A DNA stretch of 64,000 nt from NCBI GenBank assembly GCA_945877135.1, contig CAMCQY010000003.1:6506-70505 (forward strand), given 5' to 3'. Each line of letters opens with the position of its first letter. Position 1 is the stretch's first letter. The position numbers were made by a program, and so were the translations under genes. The notes below the pieces were generated by a model. It saw nothing but the letters and a program-made list of their open reading frames with translations, ran no database searches and had not been told where the DNA came from. Shown here piece by piece: positions 17,493 to 26,820 of this stretch. The DNA comes from Candidatus Kuenenia stuttgartensis. GTDB lineage: Bacteria; Planctomycetota; Planctomycetia; Pirellulales; UBA1268.

Positions 17493-19070
17493 TCATCCCG
17501 GTTGAGCCCACCCGCGAGACCGCTCGACGGCATTCCTCCAGCGGGCGAGCAGCCGCGTCCGGGCGTCTTCGGCCATCTGCGGCTCGAAGACCCGGTCCAC
17601 ACGTTGCGCCTCCGCAACAGCGGCATGATCGGGAAAGAACCCCGTTGCCAGGCCGGCCAGGAGTGCCGCCCCCAGGCTCGTCGTCTCGAGCACGGCCGGT
17701 CGTTCCACAGGCAGGCCGAGCACATCCGCCTGCAGCTGCATGAGCAGATCATTGCTGCTCGCACCGCCATCGACCCGCAGGCGTCCCAGACGCACACCCG
17801 CATCCTGCTGCATGCAGTCGACGACGTCGGCCACCGACAGGGCGATCGACTCGAGCGCCGCGCGGGCGATGTGGCCCCTGCCAGTGGCCCGCGAGATCCC
17901 GATCATGAGCCCCCGTGCAAAGGGATCCCAGTGGGGCGCGCCGAGCCCCGTGAGGGCGGGCACGAGCATCACGCCGCCGCTGTCGGCCACGCTCCGCGCC
18001 AGCGGCTCGATCTCTCTGGCCTGCCCGATCATCCCCAGTCCGTCGCGGAGCCAGCCGACGAGACTTCCCGCCACGAACACCGATCCCTCCAAAAAAAAGT
18101 CGGCGGCGGCAGCGGTCGGTGCCCGGCCGTCCGCGAACGTGCAGCCCGGCGTGGTGAGCAGGCCGTGGCGGCTGACCACCGGCTCGTGCCCGGTTGAGAA
18201 CATCAGAAACGCCCCGGTACCGTACGTGGTTTTCGCATCGCCCGGCCGCAGGCAGCCCTGCCCAAACGCCGCCGCCTGCTGATCGCCAGCGCATCCCGCG
18301 ATCGGGATTGACGCGCCCAGCCACTCGGCATCGGTCTCGCCGAACGAGCCGCTCGACGCCCGCACCTCAGGCAGGATCGCCCGCGGCACGTCGAAGAGGC
18401 GGCAGAGTTCGTCGCTCCAGTCGAGCCGGTGGATGTCGAACAGGAGCGTGCGGCTGGCATTGGTGACATCCGTGGCATGCACACGGCCACCGGTGAGCCG
18501 CCAGATCAGGAACGTATCGACCGTGCCAAAGAGGATCTCACCGGCTTCGCACCGCGACCGCAGCCCCGGCATCGTCTCCAGCAGGTGCATGATCTTCGTG
18601 GCCGAAAAATACGGGTCGAGCAGCAGGCCGGTGCGACGGCGGACGTCGTCCTCGATGCCCTCTGCCCGCAGGCGGCCGCAGATGGACGCCGACACTCGAC
18701 TCTGCCAGACGATCGCCGGCGCAACGGGCCGACCGGTGATGCGATCCCAAAGGATCGTCGTCTCCCGCTGGTTGGTGATGCCGATGGCGGTCACCCGATC
18801 AGCGGACGTGCCGCTCGACTCAAGCACACGTCGGGCACAGGAGAGCTGCGTCCGCCAGATGTCTTCCGGGTCGTGTTCGACAATCGCCACGTCTTCAGTG
18901 GCGGCACCGGCAGGCTGGATGCCGGCGGGCTGTGTTCGCGTGAGTTGAGGGAACTCCTCCTGCGCCGTCGCCAGCGGAACCCCACGGCGGTCGAACAGGA
19001 TCGCCCGGCTCGACGTGGTGCCCTGATCGAGTGCCAGGATGCATGTCTTGGCTGATTCGATGGCGGTCAT
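17493..19070 (-). CDS. glpK: Glycerol kinase
   Basis: Motifs seen: ILALDQGTTSSRAILFD, IGITNQRETTILWD, DPYFSATKI, FGTVDTFLIWRLTGG, TNASRTLLF, GCAGDQQAA, NTYGTGAF-like, GLGAPHWDP, LRVDGGAS. ATG at 19070 overlaps the glpD stop (ATGA). Confidence 0.95.
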   Translation of the reverse strand: MTAIESAKTCILALDQGTTSSRAILFDRRGVPLATAQEEFPQLTRTQPAGIQPAGAATEDVAIVEHDPEDIWRTQLSCARRVLESSGTSADRVTAIGITNQRETTILWDRITGRPVAPAIVWQSRVSASICGRLRAEGIEDDVRRRTGLLLDPYFSATKIMHLLETMPGLRSRCEAGEILFGTVDTFLIWRLTGGRVHATDVTNASRTLLFDIHRLDWSDELCRLFDVPRAILPEVRASSGSFGETDAEWLGASIPIAGCAGDQQAAAFGQGCLRPGDAKTTYGTGAFLMFSTGHEPVVSRHGLLTTPGCTFADGRAPTAAAADFFLEGSVFVAGSLVGWLRDGLGMIGQAREIEPLARSVADSGGVMLVPALTGLGAPHWDPFARGLMIGISRATGRGHIARAALESIALSVADVVDCMQQDAGVRLGRLRVDGGASSNDLLMQLQADVLGLPVERPAVLETTSLGAALLAGLATGFFPDHAAVAEAQRVDRVFEPQMAEDARTRLLARWRNAVERSRGWAQPG

Positions 19071-20842
19071 CGTCCCCCTCCTTGATTCGTTCCACCGGCA
19101 GAGCCCGGCCCATCGCTCGCGCGGGGCACACGCCGGCCATACCGTTCTTCGAGTCTCGCCACGCATCCATCCACAGCCGCGGCCACTCGATCCGATGGCA
19201 GGACACCGGCGGCGGCCAGCGACTCCGCCACGTCGGCGATCGACTCGCGACTGAGGCGTTCGTGAAACGACAGCATCAGTCGCCGCTCCATGAGATCATC
19301 GAGTGAAGTGGCCCACTCCTCACGGACGCAGAATCCCACCGCTGCCCGTGGCAGGCCAACCCCGCGAATCAGATCGCCAAGCGCAGCCGGATCGCGGCCG
19401 CCCTGCCAGATCGCCGCCGCCCGTGATCCAAACAGGCCGACGGTCTGCTCCGCGACCGTGCCGGCATCGGCCCGCGGTACGCCCGCCTGCTCCGCGAGGT
19501 TGCGGCATGCTGACACGACCGTGTCTCGCGAGGCCCCCGCGCACGCCCCCGGCAGCGGCCGCTCTCGCGATGTGCCCCGCACAGGCAGGCCGACCGCCGT
19601 GAGCACCGTGGCGGCGACCGTCTCGGCCAGGCTGCGGCAGGTGGTGAGCTTGCCGCCCACGATCGACCACAGCGGCAGCGATGCATCGTCATGACGGACG
19701 AGCAGATGCCGACGGGTAACTCCCGCCGGTGACCGCGTATCGCCAGACACAAACGGCAGCGGCCGCACGCCGCAGTAATGCTGCTGCACGTGATCGCGAC
19801 GGAGTGCCACCGTCGGAAAGAGTCGCGTCACCGCCGCGAGCAGGTAGCCGATCTCCGCCTCGTCGGTGCGGGCCTCCGCCGGATCACCGCTGAAGGGAAT
19901 GTCGGTCGTGCCCACGAGCACGAGTTCGGATCCGAAGGGAAGCACGAAGACGGGCCGGCCGTCTGCGGCTTCGGCGTAGACGCCGTAGTCGGCGAGCGCG
20001 GCCCGCAGCGAAGGGCACCGCACGACGAGGTGGCTGCCCTTCGTGCCGCCCATCAGTCGGCGGCCGGAGGCGGCCGCGTCGCCCCGAAACAACGCGGCGA
20101 GCGTGCGGTCCACCCAGGCGCCGGTGGCGTTGATGATCGCGTCGGGCCTGACCTCGAACGGGCCGCTGGCCGCCGATGGGCCAACCCGGAGCACGCCGTC
20201 GTGGCCGAACTGCACCTCGCGGTGCGTGGCCACCTCGAACCGCGTGCCCGCGGCCGCGGCGATCTCGCGGGCGTCCACGAGCAGTTCCACCGTGAACCGT
20301 TCGGGAAAAAGCAGCTGCGCATCGTCATAGAGCCCGGCGAAGGGAAAGGCGCGGTCGTCGATCCGCGGCATGCCGGCGCGGCCAGCCCGCACCATCCGAT
20401 GACGCGGCCAGCCTGCGCCGGCCGCCAGCAGGTCGTAAAGCGAGAGCCCGATTCCGACCGTCCAACTTCCCCGCCCATGCCGCCCCTGCCATGCGCGGGC
20501 CAGCGACTCGCAGCCGACCAGCCGCGCCGCGGCTGCCCACAGTCCGCCCCAGCGACCCTGCACAGGAAGATAGAAGGGGAGCCGGCGCACCAGATGCGGG
20601 GCCAGTCGCACGAGCCGATTGCGTTCGGCAAGGCTTTCGCCGACCAGTCCGATCTCGCCATATTCCAGATACCGCAGGCCGCCATGGATCAGTCGGGTGG
20701 ACCAGGCGGTGGCGCCGGCAGCGATGTCGTCGCCATCGACCACGATCACTCCCACGCCCGAGAGCGTGAGCTCTCGGGCAATGGCGGCGCCATTGATTCC
20801 CGCTCCGAGCACGACGATCGTTGTTTCAGCTGCCATGGTCAT
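19067..20842 (-). CDS. glpD: FAD-dependent glycerol-3-phosphate dehydrogenase
   Basis: Carries VVLGAGINGAAIARE (FAD GxGxxG), LIHGGLRYLE, TKGSHLVV and a C-terminal alpha-helical GlpD-type region. Upstream of and coupled to glpK. Confidence 0.9.
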   Translation of the reverse strand: MTMAAETTIVVLGAGINGAAIARELTLSGVGVIVVDGDDIAAGATAWSTRLIHGGLRYLEYGEIGLVGESLAERNRLVRLAPHLVRRLPFYLPVQGRWGGLWAAAARLVGCESLARAWQGRHGRGSWTVGIGLSLYDLLAAGAGWPRHRMVRAGRAGMPRIDDRAFPFAGLYDDAQLLFPERFTVELLVDAREIAAAAGTRFEVATHREVQFGHDGVLRVGPSAASGPFEVRPDAIINATGAWVDRTLAALFRGDAAASGRRLMGGTKGSHLVVRCPSLRAALADYGVYAEAADGRPVFVLPFGSELVLVGTTDIPFSGDPAEARTDEAEIGYLLAAVTRLFPTVALRRDHVQQHYCGVRPLPFVSGDTRSPAGVTRRHLLVRHDDASLPLWSIVGGKLTTCRSLAETVAATVLTAVGLPVRGTSRERPLPGACAGASRDTVVSACRNLAEQAGVPRADAGTVAEQTVGLFGSRAAAIWQGGRDPAALGDLIRGVGLPRAAVGFCVREEWATSLDDLMERRLMLSFHERLSRESIADVAESLAAAGVLPSDRVAAAVDGCVARLEERYGRRVPRASDGPGSAGGTNQGGGR

Positions 20843-20910
20843 CTGTCGTCGTTGCCGCCGCCGGCGGTATGCTCCGGTGGGTTCCCCGAATCAAAGTGCT
20901 GGAGTCTGTC

Positions 20911-22033
20911 CGTGCCTGTGCCCGCGTCATCCCAGCGCTCGGCTGAGCCTACTGCACAAGACGCATTGCCGTCTGCCTGGGCTACGACCTCGGTCAACAG
21001 CACCGCTCTGCTTGCGATCGGTGCCGCCCTCCTCTGGGTCTTCGTAGGGTGGGGTATCATCGGGGCCGCGTGCCTGGCAGCCCCGGTCGATCTCGATGCC
21101 CCCATCACCGCGACCTGGAGCGGCATCGCCCTGCGGGAGTGGGCCGGCCGGGTCGGCCACACCGCCGGGATCCCCGTGCTGGTGGATCGCCGACTCAATC
21201 CCAGCACCGCGATCCGGCTCGAGTGCCATGAGGAACCGCTCCACGAGGTGATCGCTCGCGGCGCCGCGTTCGCCGGCGGCGAGGTGGCGACGCTCGATTC
21301 GTCGATCCGGATCGTGCCACGCGGCATGGGCAGTCTTACCAGCCGGGCGGAGGCGGCCCGCAAGACCCGGCTGGCCTCGCTGCCATCGCACCAACGGTCT
21401 GTGCTCGACACGCCGATGGCGTGGCAGTGGGCCGCGGGAGCCCGGCCCCGCGACCTCGTGGCAGCCGCTGCCACGAAGGCCGGCATCACGCTCGAGGATG
21501 TCGTGCTCATACCGCACGATCACCTGCCGGCGATGTCGCTTCCCGGACTGACGCTCGCCGAAGGGCTCGACCTGCTGCTCAGCCCGTTCGATCTGCGGAT
21601 CGATTGGCGGGCCGCTCCGGCGCCTGCAAGAATGCCTACCGGCAGGATCATCGCCATCGACGCCGGGCTGCCGCCCCCGGCAGCCACCGCGAAACTGATG
21701 AAGCCCACCGCAGGCAAGCCCACCCCAGGCAAGCCGCCCGGTCGCCGTCCAGGTTCTCAGCCGAAAGGGCCGCCGACCGAGCACACCTACTCACTGCAGG
21801 TCGCGGCACCACTGGAGGAACTGCTCGCAGCCATCGCCACCCGACTGGGACTGACGCTCGACCTCGATCGCGAGTCACTCACCCGCCGCGGCATCGCCCC
21901 GAGAGAAATCGTGCGGGCTACCGTCAAGGATGCATCCCGCGACGAACTGCTCGCGGCGATCCTCGGACCGCTCGATCTCACGTGGACGGTCAAGGACGAC
22001 ACGCTGCAGGTGTTTGCCCGCGCTCGGGATTGA
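20911..22033 (+). CDS. Hypothetical membrane-anchored protein (start uncertain)
   Basis: This is the 3' third of track ORF 19778-22033; the 5' part of that ORF is antisense to glpD. An in-frame GTG at about 20911 precedes a hydrophobic helix (ALLAIGAALLWVFVGWGIIGAACLAA). The remainder is non-repetitive. No in-frame ATG precedes the helix. Confidence 0.5.
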
Positions 22034-22049
22034 CGCACGTTTGAAAAAG

Positions 22050-22069
22050 CCCCGGACGGAAGTCCGGGG
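22050..22069. terminator. GC-rich hairpin between convergent genes (possible bidirectional terminator)
   Basis: ccccggac-ggaa-gtccgggg is a perfect 8-bp stem with a 4-nt loop, preceded by aaaaag. It lies between the stops at 22033 (+) and 22105 (-). There is no clear U-tract on the plus side. Confidence 0.4.
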
Positions 22070-22104
22070 ACTCCGGCTTCCGCCGGGGGCTTCTCGATTC
22101 GCGA

Positions 22105-23247
22105 TTACTCCCGGCGGATCATCCGGCGGGCAGCTTCGAGATTCTGCCGCACGGCCTTGTCGTTTGGGCTGATCTTCAGCGCGGTCTCATAGGATTCGAC
22201 CGCCTCGCGATACCGTCCCTGCCTTGCCTGGGCGACACCGCGATTGGCCCATGCACGATGATCTTTCGGCTTCTGGCGAATCGCCTGATTGAAATCGAAC
22301 TCCGCCTTGTGGGGCTCGTTGGTGGCCAGATAGGCGAGCCCGCGGTTCAGGTAGCCAAGCATGAAGGTCCGATCCCGACGGATGGCCGAGGCATACGCAT
22401 TGATCGCCTCCAGTGGCCGGTCGATTTCGATGAGCGTGAGCCCCCGCCAGAGTTCGGGCCGCGGATCGTCGTAGGACAGGCCCGCCGCCTCCTCGAAGTC
22501 TTCCAGCGCAATGCCGTAGAGCCCGAGGTAAAACCAGGAGATACCACGCCGCAGAAAGAGTTCCGGCTCCTGCGGATCGAGTTCGATCCCCTTCGAGCAA
22601 GCCTCCACCGAGCCTCTGAAATCACCCAGCCGCCGCAGCACCACGCCCAGCGCCAGGTGTCCGATCGTCAGGGTGGGCTCGAGCTTGATCGCCTCCAGAA
22701 GCAGGTCGCGGGACTCCTCGAGCTTGCCCTCCTTTTCGAGCCGCTCCGCCTCGACGAGCTTTTTCTCCGACTCCGTCGGCTCGCGCTGTTCCGGTTCCTC
22801 GTCTTCGGATTCGTCAAAGCCGAACATGCGGCGGCGGGGCGGCGCATCGAGGGCAGTTCCGCCCCGACCACCCAGTTCGCTGTCGCGATCCGCGTCGCGA
22901 TCCCTGTCACGGGAAAACGGCCTGGCCTCGCGGCCAATCGTGCGATCTCGACGTGCGGCTGGCTCCCCCGGCACCGTGGCCTCCGGGAACGGCAGTGGCA
23001 GTTTGATCGCTGACTTGGGGGCAGGACGCGATGGCGGCGCCGGCGTCGGGGCTGCGGCTGGTGGACGCGAAGGCGTCTTGCCGGTACCGAACGGGTTGAG
23101 TTCGTCGGCGAAGGGGTCGTCGGGCTGCAGACGGGCCGCGACCGCGGGCGGACCGATGGCGGCCACCAGGGCCATCGCCCAGGCGATACCCCAAGCCATA
23201 CCCCAAGCTCTACTCAAGAGGCACCGCGCTGGAGGTATGGAGTGCAT
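22105..23247 (-). CDS. Secreted tetratricopeptide-repeat (TPR) protein
   Basis: ATG at 23247. Signal-like AWGIAWAMALVAAIGPPAVAA. Multiple TPR-like units (GHLALGVVLRRLGDFRGSVEACSKGIELDP, LNRGLAYLATNEPHKAEFDFNQAIRQKP, ANRGVAQARQGRYREAVESYETALKISP). Confidence 0.8.
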   Translation of the reverse strand: MHSIPPARCLLSRAWGMAWGIAWAMALVAAIGPPAVAARLQPDDPFADELNPFGTGKTPSRPPAAAPTPAPPSRPAPKSAIKLPLPFPEATVPGEPAARRDRTIGREARPFSRDRDRDADRDSELGGRGGTALDAPPRRRMFGFDESEDEEPEQREPTESEKKLVEAERLEKEGKLEESRDLLLEAIKLEPTLTIGHLALGVVLRRLGDFRGSVEACSKGIELDPQEPELFLRRGISWFYLGLYGIALEDFEEAAGLSYDDPRPELWRGLTLIEIDRPLEAINAYASAIRRDRTFMLGYLNRGLAYLATNEPHKAEFDFNQAIRQKPKDHRAWANRGVAQARQGRYREAVESYETALKISPNDKAVRQNLEAARRMIRRE

Positions 23248-23319
23248 GGAGTTCACCCGAAAGCAATCGACCACCGCTGCCAGTCCCGGCGAGCCACCGC
23301 CGCAGGGGCTGTTTGAGCC

Positions 23320-23637
23320 CTACACCTGCTGCGACCCGATCAATCCTCCCAGACGCTCCTCGATGCCATCGCGGATGCGGCGGGTGAAGAGGGCGGCCAT
23401 GCCCGGAACCTGCAGGGCCACAATGAGTTCTTCGACCATGATGTCAACCGTTCCGTCGAACTTCATGCCGCTGACGGTCAGCAGCACGCGGAGGCGGTCG
23501 TCTCCCTCCCACGCAGCCTCGATGTCGCCGACGACCGCGGCATATTCATCCCGAGCCTTCACAAGTGCGGTGTCCAGCCGGCGGCGGACCTCGTCTCGCT
23601 CAAGGGTGTGCGGCACCCGTACTTCGATCGATTTCAC
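23320..23637 (-). CDS. Small protein resembling the putative polyhydroxyalkanoic-acid system family (PHA_gran_rgn-like)
   Basis: In-frame GTG at 23637 gives VKSIEVRVPHTLERDEVRRRLDTALVKARDEY..IEAAWEGDDRLRVLLTVSGMKFDGTVDI. Size (about 105 aa) and pattern match my recollection of that family. The longer track ORF (to 23808) overlaps the next gene. Confidence 0.5.
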   Translation of the reverse strand: MKSIEVRVPHTLERDEVRRRLDTALVKARDEYAAVVGDIEAAWEGDDRLRVLLTVSGMKFDGTVDIMVEELIVALQVPGMAALFTRRIRDGIEERLGGLIGSQQV

Positions 23638-23683
23638 GGCCGTTCTCCTGTCTGCACAAAAAAGTGGGTTGGGGGTTGGAAGG

Positions 23684-24499
23684 CTAGCCTGCAGGCTGTC
23701 GCGAGCAGGCATCGTCGTGGCCCAGGCTGACGGCACGGCGGACAAGGCCGGCCTGCACCGCGCCATCCCTGCCATTGAAGCATACGGCTGACCGCAACGC
23801 GACAACATTGGGTCGGAGGGCCCAGGCCACCGGGATTTCCGCCTGGGTGATGCGACCGGCCACTGCCACCTGCAGCCCTGCGGCCCGCGCAGCCGTCACC
23901 CACGCTGCCGGCATCCCAGACGGACAGCAGTCGAAAAGTCCCCCCCCCGCCTTGTCGAACGTGTCGAGCAGCAGCACCGAACAGCCGAGGCCGGCAGCAG
24001 CCGCGATGACATCCGTCGGAGAGGGCGCTACGGCCCGCTGCCAGTCGGCGTAGGCCACCGCCACGCGGTCGCTGCCAGATGGCAGGAACTCAAACACTGC
24101 CCGCAGCCGGTGTTGCCAGTCTGTCCCCGCGGCGCCGGCCAGGCCGATCTTCACGGCCGCGGGGGGCACGGCGGAGTGCGACAGAAGCGACAGCATGCGG
24201 TCGAGCCGACTCCGGACCGCAGTGACCGAGGCATCGAGCGGTCTGTTGTGAACCGTGCCCTGCCCGCCGTCAGAGGTGCCGCCCACGTCGCCGGAACCGC
24301 CACCCAGTTCACCGCAGGCCATCGTCCAGGGCCGGCGAGTGCCCACCACATGGGCCACGGCAGCAATCGCCTCCGGATTCGCCGCGCCGAGCGGACCATG
24401 CCGCGGCTCTTTGACGTCGATGATCGCGGCGCCGCCCTCCAGTGCAGCGGCCGCCTCAGCGACGTCCCGCACGCTCACGAGCAGTCCTCGCCAGTTCAC
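23684..24499 (-). CDS. MfnB-like (5-formylfuran-3-yl)methyl phosphate synthase family protein (DUF556)
   Basis: LLVSVRDVAEAAAALEGGAAIIDVKEPRHGPLGAA closely parallels the archaeal MfnB N-terminus (LLVSPKDVAEA..GGADIIDVKNP..GSLGA, from memory). A GTG start at 24499 overlaps the upstream stop (GTGA). Confidence 0.65.
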   Translation of the reverse strand: MNWRGLLVSVRDVAEAAAALEGGAAIIDVKEPRHGPLGAANPEAIAAVAHVVGTRRPWTMACGELGGGSGDVGGTSDGGQGTVHNRPLDASVTAVRSRLDRMLSLLSHSAVPPAAVKIGLAGAAGTDWQHRLRAVFEFLPSGSDRVAVAYADWQRAVAPSPTDVIAAAAGLGCSVLLLDTFDKAGGGLFDCCPSGMPAAWVTAARAAGLQVAVAGRITQAEIPVAWALRPNVVALRSAVCFNGRDGAVQAGLVRRAVSLGHDDACSRQPAG

Positions 24500-25110
24500 G
24501 GCCCGACTCCCGCACTCTGGTCCGCAGAAGACACGCCCTTGGACACTTGTTCCTCGGACAGCGACCGCTTGGCGTCGATGAGCCTTCGACTGAGCTGCTT
24601 GGCGAGGTCCGCCGAGAGCGGCTCGCACCAGCGGCCGTCGAACACGACATAGCCGTCATCCCATGTGCCCCAGGGCGTGAAAGTCGGTCGCTTGGCATAG
24701 TCGGCGAAACGTTCCGCCAGCCGCATCACCAGCGTGTTCACCCGAAAGGCCGCATGGTCGCCACAGGTGGGCTCACCGCTGCGGGCGATTGGATTGGAAC
24801 CCTGAAAAAAGCACTCGACAGCCTCGAGCGGCACGTCCTCGACGGTGGTCGGCGACAGTCTGACTCGCAGGCAGTTGTCCACCCATTCGAGCCGCGGCCG
24901 CGCTGCGGCGTATGCCAGCGTGCCGATAACAGCCCCGGCGATGCCCGAGAACGTCGCCACCAGCAAGGAATACGACAGCGACGCCGCGGCCACGGCCACC
25001 GTCACACCGAGAACGGCCGCTATGACCGCTGCCAAAGCCGCCAGCCACGCCACGGGGCGGAGATTGCCCCGCAGCCAGATCTCTCCCGATTGGCGACGCT
25101 CGTTCGTCAT
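24496..25110 (-). CDS. Hypothetical membrane protein (two TM helices plus a soluble C-terminal domain)
   Basis: ATG at 25110 (MTNERRQSGEIWLRG). Two adjacent helices (VAWLAALAAVIAAVLGVTVAVAAA, LLVATFSGIAGAVIGTLAYAA). Coupled to the MfnB-like gene. An alternative start at 25182 is possible. Confidence 0.55.
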   Translation of the reverse strand: MTNERRQSGEIWLRGNLRPVAWLAALAAVIAAVLGVTVAVAAASLSYSLLVATFSGIAGAVIGTLAYAAARPRLEWVDNCLRVRLSPTTVEDVPLEAVECFFQGSNPIARSGEPTCGDHAAFRVNTLVMRLAERFADYAKRPTFTPWGTWDDGYVVFDGRWCEPLSADLAKQLSRRLIDAKRSLSEEQVSKGVSSADQSAGVGP

Positions 25111-25180
25111 TGTGCTTTCGCGATTCCGACCAGTTTCATACCATTCCCGCGGCGGAACCCGCTGGAACCTATTCTCCATC

Positions 25181-26776
25181 ATGCACGACGCACCACCCTT
25201 GCACCGGACCGCCCCGGAATCCGCCACCATTGCGGGGTCTTCCCGGACGCTCGCCGGCATCGCCGCCCTGCTCGTGGCCTATGCCGCCGCGGTCGCCTGC
25301 GGCTGGCCACAATATGGTCGTGATTTGCTGGTACAGGCACAAGCCGCCCACGAGACGGGAGCCCACGGAGAAGCCCACGGGCCAGACGCTGCGGCCCACG
25401 GCGGCGTCAGCACCTCTCCGCCACCGGCCACGGTGCTGCCCTTCGCGGTGTTGCTGGCGGCCATCGCGATCCTGCCCCTGACGCCGCAACTGTCGCACTG
25501 GTGGGAGCACAACTCGAGCAAACTGCTCGTGTCGGGCTGTCTCGCGCTGGTCACGCTCGGCTACTACGCGTTTATGCACCGACATCCGGTCGATCTCCAC
25601 TTTCCGACGCACGGGGTCGTCGCGCCGGCCGCGGTCGGGCCGTCGTGGGGCATGGCCGGCGCCATCCTCACCAACGCGATGCTGGCGGAATACGTGCCGT
25701 TCATCGTGCTCCTCTTCTCGCTCTATTGCATCACCGGTGGCGTGCGGATCGAAGGCGACCTCCAGGCCACGCCCACGGTCAACGCGACGTTTCTCGGAGT
25801 GGGAGCCCTCGCTGCCAGCTTCATCGGCACGACCGGCGCCGCCATGCTGCTGGTGCGGCCGCTGTTGGAAACCAACCGCGAACGGCGGATCGTCGCCCAC
25901 ACGCTGGTTTTTTTCATCTTCATCGTCTGCAACTGCGGCGGCTGCCTGCTGCCGATCGGCGATCCGCCGCTGTTCCTCGGCTATCTCGAAGGGGTCGATT
26001 TCCTCTGGACGTTTTCGCTTTGGAAGCCTTGGCTCGTAACCAACGGCCTGCTGTTGGCGATCTACTGGCTCTGGGACACGTTCTACGCCCACCCCCACGA
26101 ACGCCCCAGCGACATTCAGCACGACGTCCGCACGGCCGGCCCGCTGAAGATCAGCGGGCTGTGGCCCAACGCCCTGCTGATGGCTGGCGTGATCGCGGCG
26201 GTGGCTCTCCTCGACCCTGCCAAGCCCTTCCCGGGCACCACAGGACACCCCTGGATCTTTCTCCGCGAGGCGGTGCTGCTGACGCTCGTTGGCCTGTCGC
26301 TGGCACTCGGCTCAAGCGAGATTCGCACGCGCAACAGCTTCACGTATGGTGCCATTCTGGAGGTGGCCGCGTTGTTCCTCGGCATCTTCATCTGCATGCA
26401 GCCGGCTCTGGCCCTGCTGCACGAGCATGGTGCGGATCTCGGAATTGATTCGCCGCGCGAATTCTTCTGGGCGACGGGCGGCCTCTCGAGCGTTCTCGAC
26501 AACGCGCCGACCTATCTCGTCTTCTTCAAGGCGGCACAGTCGCTGCCGGCAACCGGCGCCACCATGGCGGGCGTGGAGGTCGGGCGGCTGACGGCTGTCA
26601 GCCTCGGTGCCGTCTTCCTGGGGGCGATGACCTACATCGGCAACGGCCCCAACTTCATGGTGAAGGCGATCGCCGAGCAATCTGGTGTGAAGATGCCGAG
26701 CTTCTTCGGCTATTGTGTATACAGTTTCGGCGTGCTCCTGCCGGTCTTCATTCTCGTCTCCCTGCTCTTTCTCTGA
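25181..26776 (+). CDS. ArsB/NhaD-superfamily ion transporter (often annotated sodium:proton antiporter / citrate-transporter-like)
   Basis: ATG at 25181. About 11-12 hydrophobic segments. Motifs: VLLFSLYCITGG, GTTGAAMLLVRPLL, FFIFIVCNCGGCLLPIGDPPLFLGY, LSSVLDNAPTYLVF, GAMTYIGNGPNFMVK. Confidence 0.75.
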   Translation: MHDAPPLHRTAPESATIAGSSRTLAGIAALLVAYAAAVACGWPQYGRDLLVQAQAAHETGAHGEAHGPDAAAHGGVSTSPPPATVLPFAVLLAAIAILPLTPQLSHWWEHNSSKLLVSGCLALVTLGYYAFMHRHPVDLHFPTHGVVAPAAVGPSWGMAGAILTNAMLAEYVPFIVLLFSLYCITGGVRIEGDLQATPTVNATFLGVGALAASFIGTTGAAMLLVRPLLETNRERRIVAHTLVFFIFIVCNCGGCLLPIGDPPLFLGYLEGVDFLWTFSLWKPWLVTNGLLLAIYWLWDTFYAHPHERPSDIQHDVRTAGPLKISGLWPNALLMAGVIAAVALLDPAKPFPGTTGHPWIFLREAVLLTLVGLSLALGSSEIRTRNSFTYGAILEVAALFLGIFICMQPALALLHEHGADLGIDSPREFFWATGGLSSVLDNAPTYLVFFKAAQSLPATGATMAGVEVGRLTAVSLGAVFLGAMTYIGNGPNFMVKAIAEQSGVKMPSFFGYCVYSFGVLLPVFILVSLLFL

Positions 26777-26820
26777 CACCCGCTGACACCTCGGCCTCTG
26801 ACACCCCGGCATCCACCCGC

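Noticed and set aside
19778-20910. 5' two-thirds of ORF 19778-22033
   Set aside because: It is antisense to glpD, which has strong FAD and GlpD motifs. Only the part downstream of glpD, which includes a TM helix, is retained as a possible gene.
24845-25180. N-terminal extension of the transporter ORF (start 24845)
   Set aside because: It overlaps the minus-strand membrane-protein gene, and the extension is not hydrophobic or transporter-like. The ATG at 25181 gives a sensible N-terminus.
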